A stretch of 64,000 nucleotides of DNA from Octopus sinensis (taxonomy: Eukaryota). The notes under the pieces are model-generated. The model was not told the origin of the DNA, made no database searches, and saw only the letters and a list, made by a program, of their open reading frames with translations. Location of the stretch: NCBI RefSeq assembly GCF_006345805.1, contig NC_043023.1:10726001-10790000 (forward strand). The letters are read 5' to 3'. Shown here piece by piece: positions 60,421 to 64,000 of the stretch; position 1 is the first letter of the stretch, and the number at the start of each line of letters is the position of its first letter. The position numbers were made by a program, and so were the translations under genes.

Positions 60421-61494
60421 AGTGTGCTGAGAAATTGTATGGATGGATAACACTATCACTGTTGCCAGATATAAGATACACTCATACAAATATCACCTGG
60501 GGTATGAGATACCTCACAACAATAAAGCCAAGAGAAAAAGATGTTTTATAAACACATTCTACCAGAATACGAAGTTTAAAATTTTTTAGTTACCTAGAAA
60601 TTATGTTACAAACTGCCGTTCAAAAGGAAAAGATGCATGTTTTTTTACCTCAATAGACGTCAGTGATTGGTTGAAATTGCCGAAATGCAAGAAATTAAAG
60701 ACCAAATATCTTACAAACTATAGAATTTTCTTAATAAAGCCAAGAGAAAAAGATATGTTTTATAAACACATTCTACCAGTATACGAAGTTTAAAAGTATT
60801 TAGTTATGTGGAAATTATTTTTTAAAAACTGCCGTTCAAACCGATAAGATCCCAGATATGTAATCCTATCATATGGTTGTTCTCTTGTTTTCAATTTGTA
60901 GTGGTTCAATAAATCCACCACAATTATCGATTTTTATTTTCTCTACCGAAATTAAGCTCATGTACTTGCTTATCTCCCTTTACTCGCATATTTCACAAAT
61001 TTCTGCCAGATCTCTTTACTTCTTTTCATTAATGTTGTAGTTTTTGTGGTATCAACGTTCCTTCGAATATCACATGGAATTATTAGCATCAAAATTAAAG
61101 AGATATGTGAAAAAATTCCCTGTAGCTCGGTGGAAGATGTCAGGAACATTGCTTCTTTTGCCAAAAGACTATCGTAAGCTTTAATAAGTGTGTATTCTGA
61201 AGGCATCCAAGCTGTTCTCTGTGCAGACCAACAAGGCGTACAAAGCTGAAAATATGTGAGGGTTGAAATGCAAAGTAGGGGGAAGATCAGAATACAAAAT
61301 GCTTCAAAATCTGAAATGATTTAAGAAAATAAATAAATAAAATAATAACGAGAATAATAGTCCTTTCTACTAAAGACACAAGGCTTGGAATTTTGAGGGA
61401 GGGGGCTTGTCGATTCTGCCGCCTCGCTGCCTCATGTGATGATCCTTTCAACTATAAGCACTAGGCCTGAAATTTCGTGGGGCAAGACTAGTTG

Positions 61495-61735
61495 ATTACA
61501 TCGACCCCAGTGCGTAACTGGTACTTAATTTATCGACCCCGAAAGGATGAAAGGCAAAGTCGACCTCAGCGGAATTTGAACTCAGAGCGTAGCGAAGGGC
61601 GAAATACCTATTTCTTTACTACCCACAAGGGGCTAAACACAGAGAGGACAGACAAACGGATTAAGTCGATTATATCGACCCCAGTCCGCAACTGGTACTT
61701 AATTTATCGACCGTGAAAGGATGAAAGGCAAAGTC
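61495..61735 (-). mobile_element. SINE family C 3' parts
   Basis: Matches 21929-22346. Confidence 0.8.
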
Positions 61736-62581
61736 TTTGATATAATTGTTTCTTTAATTCTCTCAGCTGGGGTCAAAGTTGTTATAAATCCCATTTTAAC
61801 TCCGGTTAATCCATGCCGAAGTTTTGAAGATAGTTATATAAATAGAGATAACAAACATACGGAAGCATCCCGTAAGCCTTTATTACAGTAAATAAAGCAA
61901 ATAGGATTGTCCTGCAAACGAGGAAAGTGGATTGCTATGGGCTTTAAAGGCCTAATAGTGATGGTGAGTGGATATTAGTATCTACCAATCGACCTCTGGT
62001 TTTGCTGGATCTCTATTTTATTGATTCTGAAGCAGTGAAAGGTAAAATTGAGATCGGCGGAATTTGAGCTCAGAACATAAAAGACCAGAAGAAATACTGC
62101 ATGGCCTAAATAATTGCTATTAATTTTAGTACGATGCTATAATTTCGTTTCGGTACTTAAAGCAAACCAATGCATGTTTTATACATTCCCCATTACAGGT
62201 TATCGACAAGGGAACCTGTTTTCATGGATGTTTGTGGGGACAGATATTCTCTTGTTTGAAATTATTGACTTTTCTTGGTGAATTTCTACTTGTGTATCAA
62301 AACTGATGAAGAAAGGACTATATGGAAGATAACGAGTGAGAGTAAATCGTGAGTGAAGTAATAATTCCATCTTATTTTTATATTTAAGTTCGTTTTCTCT
62401 TTGTAGAAACCTGTTATAATCGGAGATCTTAAGATATTCAAGATTTGTTTTCATTTTACCGATCATAAATACTATTCTAAACCTGCTGAAATTATGAAAT
62501 TAATTGATCACATCTTCAAACAATAACTCTCCCTTTTGTTGCAGTAAGTAACAATATCGTTAAAGCTATATATAGAGAGAG

Positions 62582-62940
62582 ATAATAACAAAGGGTAAAA
62601 TTAATTAATTAAGAAGTAATCAGTAATTTCACCAAGTAGAATTCGGCATGAAAAAGACCATTTCATGGTAAGCTTAAGTAATATTTTATAATTAGGGTTC
62701 AGCAAAGATTTGCTTTACCACATACCGGAGTTTAGAAATAGCAGTCAAAAAAACCTTAGCTATTTCTTCTACTTTAAAAAGGGACTCCCAGAAAACCCAA
62801 ATACTTGAAAACAATCTACGCAGGCAGAGAGGAAAAATAACGAAAATCAATCTATATCTGGTTACCCATGTACGCGCCTTTTCGGAATTAGATCGGTATA
62901 AAGAATATAGAATTATACTTTACCCAACCATACAGAGAGT
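62582..62940. mobile_element. Diverged dispersed relative of the 600-bp hammerhead unit
   Basis: aagggtaaaattaattaatt...caccaagtagaattcggcatg...agggttcagcaa...ccacatacc...tagaaatagcagtcaaa...gctatttcttctact are colinear with the unit; follows a (TA)/(GA) run. Confidence 0.8.
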
Positions 62941-63243
62941 CAGTTAGACAGACCGAGTAGCAACCACCCCGAATTTGTTTCTTTATAACTTACAGGAAAA
63001 TGGATATTTTTTAATGAAATTTTCGACATATACGCTTCAGATAATGTAGATTCTGAATATATCGCAATTTGTTTTGATAAAGATTTTCCGAGGTTAGGGG
63101 GGAAGAGTTTCGGAAATTCACACGGATCGGTTTTGCTCCCTCATAACTCATAGAAAAATCGATATTTTTTAATGAAATTTTCTACAGAATACCGTTCAGA
63201 GTGTATCCATCACAATTTTATCGAAATTTAATACAAAAATAAA

Positions 63244-63790
63244 AACAGCGATTGGACAAAATAATGGAAACACCTTAAAATTTCAAACAAATTATTTTAA
63301 TATGGAGTAATACCGCCTCTGACAGTAATTACAGCTTGAATTCTACGAGCTATAGACTCGTACATAGTTTGAATTGTTTCCAAAGGAATTTTTATCCTTT
63401 CTTCAGCTAAAACAGTCTCCAGTTCTTGTAGTGATTATGGTGGAGGATATCGACTCCTTACTAGTTTTTCTAAAATGTACCATAAATGTTGACTGGTGGC
63501 CAGATAAGATGTTCAACTTCACTAGAATCTTCTTCATGCCATTCAGTTACGACTTTAGCTGTGTAAATTGGTGCATTATCAGGCTGAAAGATTGTGTTTC
63601 CCTCCGGATTAGTTATGGTTCAGTTCAGCCCATTATCACAGAAGATTCGGGTATGAGATGCATGTCCATCACAATTTTATCAGAATTTAATACAAAAATA
63701 AATACATGGGTTGGACAAAATAATGGAAACACCTTAAAATTTCAAACAAATTATTTTAATATGGAGTATTTATTGATTCCAAATCATTGA
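63244..63790 (-). pseudogene. Tc1 transposase C-terminal remnant with terminal repeat; TIR plus flank repeated at ~460-bp spacing
   Basis: Minus: IFQPDNAPIYTAKVVTEW...EHLIWPP and IPLETIQTMYESIARRIQAVITVRGGITPY*; ttggacaaaataatggaaacacc near 63250 and 63710. Confidence 0.75.
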
Positions 63791-64000
63791 AAATTATTTT
63801 GATTAGAATTCATTTGGATAGAAACATATATGTCAAGCTTCTCTGAGTTTCCATCTACCACATCCTCTCCCAAGGCTTTGATTGGCCACTCTAGGACTGA
63901 ACCCAGGACCATGTTGTTAGAAAGCCAACTTCTTACCACACAACCATCCCTGCACCTCTATGGTCATGTTTTTATAAAAATTAGTAAAACTCTCACTGTT

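Overview
AT-rich, microsatellite-laden animal genomic DNA, most likely octopus or another coleoid cephalopod (inference from clustered C2H2-ZNF genes with [15 protein letters not shown] linkers, abundant tRNA-derived SINEs and (TA)n/(TG)n/(TACA)n arrays). Host genes: a putative two-coding-exon ankyrin-repeat gene (+, 16210-~21900, about 20 repeats, frameshifted) and three single-coding-exon C2H2 zinc-finger paralogs (ZNF-1 minus 28812-27257, ZNF-2 plus 45269-46117, ZNF-3 plus 56940-58055) that share a homologous non-coding leader. A duplicated upstream module predicts a fourth paralog just past the window end. The rest is mostly mobile DNA: SINEs, RTE and CR1 LINE 3' ends, Helitrons, mariner/Tc1, Merlin, piggyBac and hAT remnants. 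Top observation: a ~600-bp tandem array (6126-10639, 7.6 units) in which each unit carries a type I hammerhead ribozyme core on the minus strand (CUGAAGA...GAAAC-GUAC-GUC, 6-bp stem I, unusually long ~75-nt stem II; stem I is damaged in a few units). The array ends in a zero-spacer ~476-bp fold-back, and related or similar (TA)n-embedded hairpin insertions occur elsewhere in the window. This looks like a Penelope-like/retrozyme system that could produce ~600-nt self-cleaved or circular RNAs. A second satellite, built from a CR1 LINE 3' end with a dimeric higher-order structure, lies between two divergent ZNF promoters. Caveat: many 1-bp homopolymer indels suggest imperfectly polished long-read sequence, so frameshifts, array copy numbers and the fold-back need read-level confirmation. 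No database search or folding was run; all family assignments come from visual motif recognition.
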